Shown here one piece after another: positions 20,024 through 29,291 of a stretch of 64,000 nucleotides of DNA. Both the position numbers and the translations under genes were made by a program. Position 1 is the first letter of the stretch. Each line of letters opens with the position of its first letter. Origin of the DNA: Bacillota bacterium (GTDB taxonomy: Bacteria > Patescibacteriota > Minisyncoccia > Phycocordibacterales > Phycocordibacteraceae). Below the pieces are notes generated by a model. It saw only the letters and a program-made list of their open reading frames with translations, ran no database searches and was not told where the DNA came from. Location of the stretch: NCBI GenBank assembly GCA_050260455.1, contig JBLNCF010000004.1, forward strand, positions 15,917 through 79,916, in the 5' to 3' direction.

Positions 20024-20055
20024 AAACTCGCGCTTCGGCGCGTTTTCGCATTACT
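20024..20055 (+). terminator. hairpin after rpsB
   Basis: aaactcgcgc-UUCG-gcgcgtttt. Confidence 0.55.
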
Positions 20056-20081
20056 TCTTTACATCCGTAATCCTTATCACC

Positions 20082-20666
20082 ATGGAAATATCGATAGACG
20101 TCGTTAAGCAGCTCCGCGAGGCCACGGGCCTTTCTGTTATGCAGTGCCGCAAGGCGCTTGAGGAAGCGGGCGGCGATATCGAGAAGGCCGAGGTCATTCT
20201 CCGTAAGCGCAGCTCCGAGGCAGCTGACAAGAAGTCGGATCGCGAAATAGGTGCCGGTGCAGTGGGTATGTACCTCCATGACAAGGCAATTGGTGCCATG
20301 GTGCTCCTTTCCTCCGAGACTGACTTCGTCTCGAAAAACCCGGAGTTTGAGGCACTTGCACGCGAGCTCGCGATGCAAGTCGCTGCGACTAACCCGCAGT
20401 ACCTCTCGTCCGAAGAAATCGACCAGGCCGCAAAGGATGCTGCAATGGCCGTCTTCAAGGAAGAGGTGAAGGACAAGCCTGCTGATATGCAGGAGAAGAT
20501 CCTCGCGGGTAAGATGGATAGCTACTTCCGCGATTCCGTACTCCTCAACCAGCCGTACATCAAGGACGAATCCAAGTCCATCAAGCAGCTTATCGACGAA
20601 GCCTCCCAGAAGTTTGGCGAGCGCGTCGAGATCTCGAAGTTCGCTCGCTTCTCTGCCCGCGGGTAA
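20082..20666 (+). CDS. tsf: elongation factor Ts (short form)
   Basis: 194 aa. N-terminal UBA-like VKQLREATGLSVMQCRKALEEAGGDIEKA is diagnostic of EF-Ts. Confidence 0.9.
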   Translation: MEISIDVVKQLREATGLSVMQCRKALEEAGGDIEKAEVILRKRSSEAADKKSDREIGAGAVGMYLHDKAIGAMVLLSSETDFVSKNPEFEALARELAMQVAATNPQYLSSEEIDQAAKDAAMAVFKEEVKDKPADMQEKILAGKMDSYFRDSVLLNQPYIKDESKSIKQLIDEASQKFGERVEISKFARFSARG

Positions 20667-20687
20667 TCCTGCGCGGGCTCATACCTC

Positions 20688-21089
20688 ATGAGCTATCTCA
20701 TCACGATTCTCGGAACACTCCTTCTCCTCCTCGGTTTTGTACTGTGGTCGTGGTTCGAGACTCGGCAAGGATTCCGTGTGTTTGCGGGGCCTCGTAAGCG
20801 TCTCGACCGAGAAGCGGCCCGTACCGCCTTCATCCTGCGTCATATCGATTGGGGCGCATTCGTAGCTCATGTGGGGAAGTCTGCTGCTGCACGTGTAGCG
20901 CATGATATCGTTCATTCGCTTCTCCTTATGGTTCGCGCGTCGGAACGAACGCTCACCCGCGCCATCCGCAGCTTGCGCACCCGAGTGGCCTCACATGAGG
21001 CATCGGGGGAACCAGTGGAAGGTTCGCAGCTCATTGCGACCTTGGTGCGTTTTCGAAAGAATCTCCGACGCACCCGTGATAGTAAATAG
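20688..21089 (+). CDS. hypothetical membrane-anchored basic protein
   Basis: 133 aa. One N-terminal TM (ITILGTLLLLLGFVLW), Arg-rich remainder, followed by a strong terminator. No homolog recognised. Confidence 0.35.
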   Translation: MSYLITILGTLLLLLGFVLWSWFETRQGFRVFAGPRKRLDREAARTAFILRHIDWGAFVAHVGKSAAARVAHDIVHSLLLMVRASERTLTRAIRSLRTRVASHEASGEPVEGSQLIATLVRFRKNLRRTRDSK

Positions 21090-21120
21090 AAAAAGCCCGG
21101 ACAGTACCGGGCTTTTTCTA
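21090..21120. terminator. bidirectional intrinsic terminator
   Basis: aaaaagcccgg-acagta-ccgggcttttt. A/T runs on both sides. Lies between the + gene ending at 21089 and the minus-strand tRNA. Confidence 0.8.
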
Positions 21121-21134
21121 TTTCATTCCGTCTG

Positions 21135-21207
21135 AGCCGGGAGCGAGGCTCGAACTCGCGACCTACGGTTTACAAAACCGTTGCTCTACCGACTGAGCTA
21201 TCCCGGC
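21135..21207 (-). tRNA. tRNA-Thr (anticodon UGU)
   Basis: The reverse complement gives a 73-nt cloverleaf: acceptor GCCGGGA/TCCCGGC, D-arm GCTC-AGTCGGTA-GAGC, anticodon stem ACGGT/ACCGT with loop TTTGTAA (anticodon TGT), T-arm GCGAG-TTCGAGC-CTCGC. CCA is not encoded. Confidence 0.8.
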
Positions 21208-21235
21208 TCACACGGAACGATATTCGCACACTACC

Positions 21236-21937
21236 TTACTTCTTCGCTCCGGTCGATGTTGCCGTCGAGGTGGCGAAGAGCGACTTCGGGAACTGCTTCT
21301 CGAAATCCTCGAGTGTCGTGAAGCCATAGCTGCGCTTGCCGTTGATCACGAAGGCAGGGAAGGTAGGGTCCACCTTTTCGACCGCGACCAGAGTCTTCAC
21401 TGCGCCAAGGTCGAGATTGTAATCGAAGGAGTACACGCGAAGCGCAGGATAGGTCTGGCGTAGGTAGGAAAGTGCGTATCCGGCGCGATCACAGTCCTCA
21501 CAGGAGCCGGGGATATTCGAATAGAAGTAGAGCGCGACCGTGGGGGTGGTCTTGCAGGTGGCGGCCAGCTGCTTGGTGAGAAGATAATCACGTATCTCAA
21601 GAAGCGTGTACTGCTTCTTGAGCTCGATCACCTGTGCGTTCTTGCTGCCCAGGCGCTCCTCCGCCGCTGCGAGACGGTCTCCAAGTTCGCTCACTTCACG
21701 CGAAAGCTCGGTGCCGTGCTGCTGGTCCTCGCAAGGAGCGTTCTCTAGAAGAGAGAACTGGGTCTCCAAAGAGAGCGTGTCAGTCGCGAGCTGTCCCTGG
21801 ATGGCAGTGAGTTCGGCGAGACGCTGGCGATCGAGATAATTGATCGCGTACACCACGGTCGCGATAATAGCGGCAGTGATGACAAACGCGATAAGAGCAT
21901 TGCGAAGCGGTAACGGCATATCCTTGATGCTAACCAT
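21236..21937 (-). CDS. membrane-anchored coiled-coil protein with thioredoxin-like CxxC domain
   Basis: 233 aa. N-terminal TM, heptad region, then YFYSNIPGSCEDCD with a CxxC dithiol in a thioredoxin/DsbA-like context. Confidence 0.45.
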   Translation of the reverse strand: MVSIKDMPLPLRNALIAFVITAAIIATVVYAINYLDRQRLAELTAIQGQLATDTLSLETQFSLLENAPCEDQQHGTELSREVSELGDRLAAAEERLGSKNAQVIELKKQYTLLEIRDYLLTKQLAATCKTTPTVALYFYSNIPGSCEDCDRAGYALSYLRQTYPALRVYSFDYNLDLGAVKTLVAVEKVDPTFPAFVINGKRSYGFTTLEDFEKQFPKSLFATSTATSTGAKK

Positions 21938-21952
21938 ACGGCGAACTTGGCG

Positions 21953-23191
21953 TTAGCGCCAGCGGCGGCGCGTACCCGTCGCGACATCTGCAAGCGCCCG
22001 TACGAGCCAAAACGGTGCAATGAATCCGTATAGGAGTGCGTAGCCGAAGATGCTCATGGTGAGATCCGCTTTGGTGCGCGATACTTTCTGACCCATAAGG
22101 ATGAATGTTGTGGAGATGACCATCACAATGATGCTGATCATGGTGATGAAAGTAACCGGCGCGTAGAACCACTCGGGGGAGAAACGCGGCGTGAGAATGT
22201 AGGAAAGAGGAATGCCTGAAACAACCGCGATGGTGTGGGCTATCTGCTGTCCCATCATGACGCACGCGAGCGTGAAGAGACCGACGCCACCTAGGACTGC
22301 GACGAAGCCAAGAGGGAGCACGAGGAGGCCGAGCACTCCGTACTTAGGATTCCCCACCAGGTCGCGATACTCGTTCGTGACATTGCGCAGGAAGCCAGTA
22401 GTCCAGCGGGTGCGCTGTTTGATGAGTTTGGGGACTGAACGGGGCACTTTCGTATAAACGCGAGCGCGCGGCGCATTCTCGATTTCGTACCCGGCACGCT
22501 GGAGTCGGAGCGCCATTTCCATATCTTCGCCCTGGTGCGCATGCCGTAAGCCACCGACTTCCTCTATGACAGAGCGACGGTAGAGGGAGAAGGGGCCAGG
22601 AGTCACGTAGATACCATTCACGGCAGAAAGGGCGTGGCGAAGTGCGATACCAAAGATGTACTCGGCATTCTGCATACGCTCGAGCAGATTCTTAGGCTCA
22701 AATACCGACATGGCGGGAGTGGACGCCGCAACCTTTGGATCGTCGAAAGCCGACATCATTTCGCGGAGTGCATCTGGCGCGACGAAGGAATCTGCGTCGA
22801 GACAGCCGACGAACTCGCAGTCGGAAGCTATCTCAATGCCTGCGTTGATCGCGGTGTGTTTACCCCCGTTCTCTTTATGGATTATGGCTATCTGCGGATT
22901 CCCGGTGTACGAATCCATGACCTCTTTCGTATGGTCAGTCGAACCATCGTTCACGAGGACGATACGGAGCTTGTCCTTAGGATAGTCGAGGTTCAAAAGG
23001 GATTCGACAGTACCACCGATGGTCGACTCCTCGTTCCAGCAGGGAACAATGATGGCCACCTTGGGGAAGCGGGTCGAGGCCGGGCGTTCCCGACGTGCAC
23101 GTGCCGGCGTGGATACGAAGGTGAGCAGCATGAACACCTCGAAATACAGGCCGAGGAAAATAAAGGGATACGCGATTACCTCAAGATGCAT
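21953..23191 (-). CDS. family 2 glycosyltransferase (processive, membrane-embedded, CESA/NodC-like)
   Basis: 412 aa. IVPCWNEES...VNDGSTD (DxD region), QRTRW-type motif (QRTRWTTG) and several C-terminal TM helices. Confidence 0.85.
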   Translation of the reverse strand: MHLEVIAYPFIFLGLYFEVFMLLTFVSTPARARRERPASTRFPKVAIIVPCWNEESTIGGTVESLLNLDYPKDKLRIVLVNDGSTDHTKEVMDSYTGNPQIAIIHKENGGKHTAINAGIEIASDCEFVGCLDADSFVAPDALREMMSAFDDPKVAASTPAMSVFEPKNLLERMQNAEYIFGIALRHALSAVNGIYVTPGPFSLYRRSVIEEVGGLRHAHQGEDMEMALRLQRAGYEIENAPRARVYTKVPRSVPKLIKQRTRWTTGFLRNVTNEYRDLVGNPKYGVLGLLVLPLGFVAVLGGVGLFTLACVMMGQQIAHTIAVVSGIPLSYILTPRFSPEWFYAPVTFITMISIIVMVISTTFILMGQKVSRTKADLTMSIFGYALLYGFIAPFWLVRALADVATGTRRRWR

Positions 23192-23274
23192 ATAGCAGCT
23201 GCCCCGTCAGGGATGATGCTTCTACTGTAGCAAAAACGGCCCATTTCTTCTACTTTTGTGTATACTCGTCCTAT

Positions 23275-23997
23275 ATGCCTCCCGGCCGCTTGCATCCCAT
23301 TAGCGCCGCCATCCGCGACTTCGCGGATATCTTCGGACGCATGGGGTTTTCGGTCGCCTACGGACCCGAACTAGAAGACGAGTGGTACAACTTCACCGCG
23401 CTCAATGTTCCGCCCGATCATCCGGCGCGCGACATGCAGGACACCTTCTGGACGAAGGAGACTCCACCGCGTGTGCCGCGTACACAAACGTCGCCGGTGC
23501 AGGTGCGTCACATGGAGGAACAGGTGCGTGCAGGCGTCATGCCGCCGTACCGCATCATTGTGCCAGGCAAGGTATATCGTAATGAAGCGACCGATGCGAC
23601 TCATGAAGCCCAGTTCTATCAGAACGAAGGACTTGTGGTGGGAGAGGGAATCACGCTCGCACACTTGAAGGGCACACTCGAGCGATTCTTCCGCGAGTAC
23701 CTGGGAGAAAGCGCGAAGGTGCGCTTCCGTCCTAGCTATTTTCCATTCGTCGAGCCGGCGGTCGAGGTGGATGTCTGGTATGAGGTACCGGGCAAGGAGG
23801 GGAAGTGGCTTGAGGTCATGGGTGCAGGCATGGTCCATCCGACTGTGATAGCAAACGCAGGCCTTGATCCAGAGACGTACCAAGGATTCGCCTTCGGTGG
23901 CGGCATTGAACGGCTCGTCATGGTCAAGCATGGTGTGAACGATGTCCGCGGGTTCCATAGCGGAGACATACGGTTCGTGTGCGGATTTGATGCATAA
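23275..23997 (+). CDS. pheS: phenylalanine--tRNA ligase alpha subunit (catalytic core only)
   Basis: 240 aa. HPARDMQDTFW, FPFVEPAVEVDVW and FAFGGGIERL class II motifs. Lacks the usual N-terminal coiled-coil extension. Confidence 0.9.
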   Translation: MPPGRLHPISAAIRDFADIFGRMGFSVAYGPELEDEWYNFTALNVPPDHPARDMQDTFWTKETPPRVPRTQTSPVQVRHMEEQVRAGVMPPYRIIVPGKVYRNEATDATHEAQFYQNEGLVVGEGITLAHLKGTLERFFREYLGESAKVRFRPSYFPFVEPAVEVDVWYEVPGKEGKWLEVMGAGMVHPTVIANAGLDPETYQGFAFGGGIERLVMVKHGVNDVRGFHSGDIRFVCGFDA

Positions 23998-24000
23998 CAT

Positions 24001-25899
24001 ATGAAAACGTCACGTGCCTGGCTAAACACGTTCTTCGATAGCGAGCTTCCAGATCAGGAAACACTTGCGACAGCACTTACATTCCATGCCGCAGAAATCG
24101 AGGAAGTAGAGGGAGATGTCCTTGATGTTAAGGTGCTGCCCGATCGCGCGGCATACATGCTCTCTCATCGCGGAGTGGCCTTTGAACTCTCCGCCTGCCT
24201 CGGTCGTCCCATGGCAAAGGACCCGCTGCGCGAGCCAGTTCCCGAATCCCCAACGACAGACACACTCGCTGTCTCGATAGAAGACCCGGAGAAATGCAAT
24301 CGCTACATGGGCGCCGTTGTGAAGGGGGTGAAGGTGGGTCCGTCGCCTGCCTGGCTCAAGGAGGCGCTTGAGTCAGTGGGGCAGCGCTCCATCAACAACA
24401 TCGTGGATGCAACGAATTATGTGATGCTCAATATGGGGCAGCCACTCCACGCGTTTGATGCCGATAAGCTCGATAAGAAGGACGGAACGTTTTCAATTGC
24501 CGTACGAGGAGCTCGCGAAGGTGAGCGCATTATCACGCTCACGGGCGAGGAGTATGATCTTCCCGGAGGCACCCTCCTTATTACGGACGCGCATGCGGAC
24601 GCGCCGCTTGGTATTGCCGGTGTGAAGGGCGGCAAGCGGGCGGAAGTCACGAGTACGACCACTGACCTCATTATTGAGGCCGCTAATTTTGATGGTACGA
24701 GCATACGTCGTGCTGCGCAGGCACTCAAATTATTTACTGACGCATCAAGCAGGTTCCAGAACCGCCCATCGCCAGCGCTCGCCGCATATGCGATGCGGGA
24801 TGTGCTTTCTCTCATCACGGACATCGCTGGCGGGGAAGTGCTAGGGGTGGTGGACGAATACCCCATGCCAGCCGCTATCGAGCCGGTTACGGTCTCGCTC
24901 GGGAATCTGAATGGGCGTCTCGGTTCTTCCTTTACGCGCGATGAGGTAGTGGAGGTATTTGATAGGTTGGGCTTCTCGTATACGGAGAGTGAGGATGTGT
25001 TCACGGTGTTACCGCCCTTTGAGCGTCGCGACATTGTCATTCCGGAGGATCTCGCAGAGGAAGTAGGACGCATCCTCGGATATGACCGTATTTCTTCCGA
25101 TGATCTACCTCCTCTGGAGTCTGCTCCTGACCAGGCCAAGTATCGGGGCATTGAACGGGTCCGGGATTTCCTCGTCGAACGCGGGTTCATTGAGATCAGT
25201 ACCCCAGCGTTTGCGGCTGAAGGTGATATCGAACTTGCAAATCCTCTGCAGCAAGAACGTCCGTATCTCCGAGCTTCACTTCTTCCAAACATGAAAGATG
25301 CGCTCGCGAAAGCGGTGACGGTAGCTCCGCGCGTGCTTGGTCCTGCACCTGCGGTAAAGCTCTTTGAGGTGGGCACTGTCTTCACGAAAGATGGAGAATA
25401 TTACCTTGTTGCTCTTGGGGTTGAATCGCTGGGCGCCAAGAAAGTCGAAGAGGCGCTTAAAGAGAATGTCGCGACCCTTGAGCAGGAACTCCTGCAATCT
25501 CCTGGCAAGGCACGCTTCTCGCTTGATGCGAAGGCGGTCGAACTCGTACTCACCGATGAAACCTTGGCGCGACTCGGGGAGGACTACACTCCCTCACGTG
25601 TTGAACTTGGCGCATACCATCCTTTCTCGTCATATCCTTTCGCTCTGCGCGACATTGCGGTGTGGACGCCCACGGGAACGACGCAACAGCAGGTGGAAGC
25701 CATCATTCGGGAACAGGCGGGTGATCTACTCGTCCGTGTGGATCTCTTTGATCAGTTCGAGAAGGATGGACGCACTTCCTATGCGTTCCGCCTCGTATTC
25801 GAGTCTCCTGAAAAGACTCTGTCAGATGCTGAACTCACCCCTCTCACGGAGCGCCTCACCGAGGCTCTAAACAGCACGGAAGGGTACCAGGTACGCTAG
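24001..25899 (+). CDS. pheT: phenylalanine--tRNA ligase beta subunit (shortened)
   Basis: 632 aa. N-terminal PheT domain (MKTSRAWLNTFFD), B3/4 region, C-terminal FDX-ACB-like end. Starts 4 nt after pheS. Confidence 0.88.
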   Translation: MKTSRAWLNTFFDSELPDQETLATALTFHAAEIEEVEGDVLDVKVLPDRAAYMLSHRGVAFELSACLGRPMAKDPLREPVPESPTTDTLAVSIEDPEKCNRYMGAVVKGVKVGPSPAWLKEALESVGQRSINNIVDATNYVMLNMGQPLHAFDADKLDKKDGTFSIAVRGAREGERIITLTGEEYDLPGGTLLITDAHADAPLGIAGVKGGKRAEVTSTTTDLIIEAANFDGTSIRRAAQALKLFTDASSRFQNRPSPALAAYAMRDVLSLITDIAGGEVLGVVDEYPMPAAIEPVTVSLGNLNGRLGSSFTRDEVVEVFDRLGFSYTESEDVFTVLPPFERRDIVIPEDLAEEVGRILGYDRISSDDLPPLESAPDQAKYRGIERVRDFLVERGFIEISTPAFAAEGDIELANPLQQERPYLRASLLPNMKDALAKAVTVAPRVLGPAPAVKLFEVGTVFTKDGEYYLVALGVESLGAKKVEEALKENVATLEQELLQSPGKARFSLDAKAVELVLTDETLARLGEDYTPSRVELGAYHPFSSYPFALRDIAVWTPTGTTQQQVEAIIREQAGDLLVRVDLFDQFEKDGRTSYAFRLVFESPEKTLSDAELTPLTERLTEALNSTEGYQVR

Positions 25900-25903
25900 C
25901 TGA

Positions 25904-25945
25904 TGAGGCCTCAGATGAGGCCTCGTATGCTATACTGTAGGGACG
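25904..25945 (+). promoter_or_regulatory. gyrB upstream region: two GAGGCCTC palindromes + extended -10 TGcTATACT
   Basis: ctGATGAGGCCTCaGATGAGGCCTCgtaTGcTATACTgtagggacggaatATG. The -10 lies about 13 nt before the ATG. Confidence 0.4.
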
Positions 25946-25949
25946 GAAT

Positions 25950-28016
25950 ATGGCTAAAAAAGAGGCGGAAAAGGCTAAAAAGAGCGCTGCCGGAGGCAGC
26001 GATTATGATGCATCCTCAATCACCGTCCTTGAGGGTCTTGAGCCGGTGCGTAAGCGTCCCGGCATGTACATCGGTACCACTGGTCCCGATGGTCTTCATC
26101 ACCTCATTTGGGAAATCTTCGACAACTCTCGTGACGAGGCGATGGGTGGGTATGCCGACGACATCGAGGTCGCGCTCCTCCCAGACGGCTATGTGCGCGT
26201 CGTTGATAACGGCCGCGGTATCCCAGTAGGCATCCACCCAAAGACTAAGGTCTCTGCGCTTGAGACCATCATGACCACGCTCCATGCCGGCGGTAAGTTC
26301 GGTGGGGAAGGTTCAGGCTACAAAGTGTCGGGTGGTCTCCATGGTGTGGGTGCATCTGTGGTGAATGCACTTTCAGTCCACACGAAAGTCCTCGTGCATA
26401 AGGATGGAGGCGTGCACATGCAGGAATATGAGATCGGCAAAGCGAAAGCTAAGGTGAAGCAGGTCGCAAAGACCGATCTCCATGGCTCCGTCGTGATGTT
26501 CAAACCAGACGATACGATCTTCAAGGATGGAATCAACTGGAACTGGGAGAAGATTGTCTCCCATCTGCGCCAGCAGGCGTACCTAGTGAAAGGCACACGC
26601 ATCACGATCATCGATGCACGCCAGGCGGATATCGATGCAGTGATTGATAACGACATCTTCTATCTTCGTACGGTGGGGCTTGAGGTGCCATCCATGACCT
26701 TCTTCTTTGAGGGTGGCCTCCGTTCTTTGATCGGTTTCTACAACAAACACCAGACGGTTGCTCACAAGAATATCTTTTATGTCGACCAGCAGGAGGGCGA
26801 CGTTGCGGTTGAGATAGCACTCCAGTACACAGATGACCTATCGCCGCGTCTTCTTGCCTTTGCTAACAATATCTACAATCCCGAGCACGGTACGCATGTG
26901 ACCGGTTTCAAGACCGCACTCACCCGCACGCTCAACTCGTATGGGCGTTCCGCCGGTATCCTCAAAGAGAGCGAAGAGAACTTCACGGGAGACGACGCAC
27001 TCGAAGGTATTACCGCCGTGATTTCCATCAAGATGCCCGAGATCCAGTTCGAGGGTCAGACCAAGGGCAAGCTCGGTTCAGTGGAAGCACAGGGTGCAAC
27101 TGCAACCGTATTCGGTACTGCATTCGCCGCCTTCCTCGAAGAAAATCCTGACGACGCGAAAGCCATCGTGAACAAGGTGCTTCTCGCACTCAAGGCTCGC
27201 AAGGCAGCGAAAGCGGCGAAGGACTCGGTGCTCCGCAAGGGAGCCCTTGAAGGCATGACGCTTCCAGGTAAGCTTGCCGACTGCCAGAGCAAGTCAGCAG
27301 AAGAATCCGAACTGTTCATCGTGGAGGGAGACTCGGCAGGTGGTTCTTCGAAGATGGGTCGCGACCGTAGGACGCAGGCCATACTCCCGCTCCGCGGCAA
27401 AATTCTTAATATTGAGCGTGCACGTCTCGATAAAATGCTCGCCTCCGAGCAGATCAAAAACCTTGTGATTGCACTCGGTACCGCCATTGGTGATGTGTTC
27501 GACATCACCAAGCTCCGCTACCACAAGATCATTATCGCAACCGATGCCGACGTGGACGGCGCGCACATTCGCACTCTTATTCTCACTCTCTTCTTCCGTC
27601 ATTTCCGTCCCATTATCGATGGAGGATATATCTATATCGCCCAGCCGCCACTCTATAAGATTCAGCGTGGTAAAGAGACCTGGTACGCCTACACCGACGA
27701 TGAGAAGTTCTCCATCGTGGGTAAGGAGGAAGTAGCAAGTGCGGTCGAGGGAGAGGAGGAACCAGAAGAAACGGAAGAGGCTGTAGGGAAGAAGGCTGCC
27801 AAGTTCCGTATCCAGCGTTACAAGGGTCTGGGTGAGATGAATCCGTCTGAGCTCTGGGAAACGACCATGGATCCTGAACGACGGGTGCTGAAGCGAGTGA
27901 CGGTTGAGGATGCTGCTGAAGCAGATCGCATCTTTGACGTGCTTATGGGTACTGACGTAGCGAGTCGCAAGTCATTCATCCAGAGCAACGCGAAGCTCGC
28001 GAATCTCGACATTTAG
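25950..28016 (+). CDS. gyrB: type IIA topoisomerase B subunit (DNA gyrase B)
   Basis: 688 aa. GHKL ATPase (IFDNSRDEA...DNGRGIPV), QTK loop, TOPRIM EGDSAGGS and PLRGKILN, C-terminal tail. Confidence 0.9.
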   Translation: MAKKEAEKAKKSAAGGSDYDASSITVLEGLEPVRKRPGMYIGTTGPDGLHHLIWEIFDNSRDEAMGGYADDIEVALLPDGYVRVVDNGRGIPVGIHPKTKVSALETIMTTLHAGGKFGGEGSGYKVSGGLHGVGASVVNALSVHTKVLVHKDGGVHMQEYEIGKAKAKVKQVAKTDLHGSVVMFKPDDTIFKDGINWNWEKIVSHLRQQAYLVKGTRITIIDARQADIDAVIDNDIFYLRTVGLEVPSMTFFFEGGLRSLIGFYNKHQTVAHKNIFYVDQQEGDVAVEIALQYTDDLSPRLLAFANNIYNPEHGTHVTGFKTALTRTLNSYGRSAGILKESEENFTGDDALEGITAVISIKMPEIQFEGQTKGKLGSVEAQGATATVFGTAFAAFLEENPDDAKAIVNKVLLALKARKAAKAAKDSVLRKGALEGMTLPGKLADCQSKSAEESELFIVEGDSAGGSSKMGRDRRTQAILPLRGKILNIERARLDKMLASEQIKNLVIALGTAIGDVFDITKLRYHKIIIATDADVDGAHIRTLILTLFFRHFRPIIDGGYIYIAQPPLYKIQRGKETWYAYTDDEKFSIVGKEEVASAVEGEEEPEETEEAVGKKAAKFRIQRYKGLGEMNPSELWETTMDPERRVLKRVTVEDAAEADRIFDVLMGTDVASRKSFIQSNAKLANLDI

Positions 28017-28032
28017 TTCAAACAAAAACTGC

Positions 28033-28075
28033 ATTCATAAAGCCGCCTCCCGAGCAGGGAGGCGGCTTCATGAAT
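28033..28075. terminator. bidirectional terminator between gyrB and the convergent repeat-protein gene
   Basis: Near-perfect 19-bp-arm palindrome attcataaagccgcctccc-gagca-gggaggcggcttcatgaat. Confidence 0.7.
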
Positions 28076-28126
28076 GCTTCAGCGTAAACCCTATATCACA
28101 GCAGGAGCAGGGTAGCTCGTTGCAAA

Positions 28127-29197
28127 TTAATAGCAGTAGTACCGACCGTTGCTGTAGTACGTACCGTATCGGCAGTAGTTGCCATTGCTGTCGTAGGAAT
28201 CGTAATCCTGATTCGAAGATTCGCAGTAATAGCGACCATTCGAGTAGTAGGTGCCGTAGCGGCAATAATTCCCGTTACTATCGTACGAGTCATTATTCTG
28301 ACTCGATGTCTCGCAGTAGTAGTGGCCATTACGATAGTACGTACCGTATCGGCAGTAGTTGCCATTGCTGTCGTAGTCACGGGAAGAACTGCTCGACGAG
28401 CCGTTCAGATAGATAGAGGCCGAGTCGGTGTTGTTGTTCTCGTTAGACTCTGCGACCCGGTTGTTCGCATCCGCTTCCACGCGAATCGTTTCCGAGCCCC
28501 GGTCAGCATTATCAAATCCGAGGGTGTACACGATCGTGTCTCCTGGATTAAGCGCACGCTGCGTACCCGAGCGATATACCGACGAGCCGTCAGTAGTGGG
28601 GAGGTGAGCCTCAAACATCCATGAATTCGAGATGTTCGTGCCGCGGTTGGCAATCACGAACCGTACCGCACCCTGATATCCAGACGGAACCGTATCGTCG
28701 GTCACAAAGGAACTCGTATCGCCCTCGTTACGTAGATATCCCACCGAAGTGATGGTGGTGACAAGGTCGGCGAGACCATAGTACTGGGTACCCGGTACGG
28801 TAACGACCTGGTAAGTGGGCTGGGTATACGTTGGCGTGACCGGAGTCGGTGCGGGCGTGGAAGGAGTGGACGGGATGCTCGGTGCAGGTGCGGTCGTAGT
28901 GGCAGGGGCAGGCGAGAGCGGGATAGAAGTCGGAGTACTCGTAGAGGCAGGAGGCTGGGGGTTTTCACTCGGCTGGCCATCGTTCGGCTGGAAAAGAGTC
29001 GAAAGGTATACGTTCGCTGTACCTACGCGCGAAATGGCGCGGGGAAGGAAAGACGCCGCGTAAATAGCGGTTGCGATGCCAATAAGAATAAGGGCGATGA
29101 AGCCGACCACGGCGAGGCCGCCCACGGCCGCTTTCCGGGTCTGCTGCGTCTCGTGATCGTGATTCTGGGTCGTGTCCATATACCCGCTTATTACCAC
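28127..29197 (-). CDS. membrane-anchored surface protein: Pro/Thr linker, CARDB-like domain, 3x Tyr/Cys-rich 30-aa repeats
   Basis: 356 aa. N-terminal signal-anchor, PAPT-rich linker, domain with the ESNENNN motif shared with both CARDB-like paralogs, then 3 tandem copies of YDSNGNYCRYGTYY(R/S)NG(H/R)YYC. Confidence 0.6.
   Translation of the reverse strand: MVISGYMDTTQNHDHETQQTRKAAVGGLAVVGFIALILIGIATAIYAASFLPRAISRVGTANVYLSTLFQPNDGQPSENPQPPASTSTPTSIPLSPAPATTTAPAPSIPSTPSTPAPTPVTPTYTQPTYQVVTVPGTQYYGLADLVTTITSVGYLRNEGDTSSFVTDDTVPSGYQGAVRFVIANRGTNISNSWMFEAHLPTTDGSSVYRSGTQRALNPGDTIVYTLGFDNADRGSETIRVEADANNRVAESNENNNTDSASIYLNGSSSSSSRDYDSNGNYCRYGTYYRNGHYYCETSSQNNDSYDSNGNYCRYGTYYSNGRYYCESSNQDYDSYDSNGNYCRYGTYYSNGRYYCY
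28130..28395 (-). repeat. coding tandem repeat, 90-bp period x3
   Basis: gtaccgtatcggcagtagttgccattgctgtcgta recurs at about 28161 and about 28341 with a variant copy between. Encodes the Tyr/Cys 30-aa modules. Confidence 0.85.
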
Positions 29198-29291
29198 ACC
29201 GGATTTGACTTGTCAAACAACGCATCTAAGGAAGGATCGATCACGAAAACTTGACATCATACGATTTATACTGTAATCCTACCCAAGACCT

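Noticed and set aside
19218-20378. 386-aa minus-strand ORF across rpsB and tsf
   Set aside because: Spans an intergenic terminator and two well-supported + strand genes. Shadow ORF.
24417-25385. 322-aa minus-strand ORF inside pheT
   Set aside because: Antisense shadow ORF. Ser/Arg-rich low complexity.
28096-28624. Several 60-100-aa ORFs on both strands in the 90-bp tandem-repeat region
   Set aside because: Artefacts of repetitive, codon-biased sequence. The minus-strand 356-aa protein, with signal-anchor and domain structure, explains the region.
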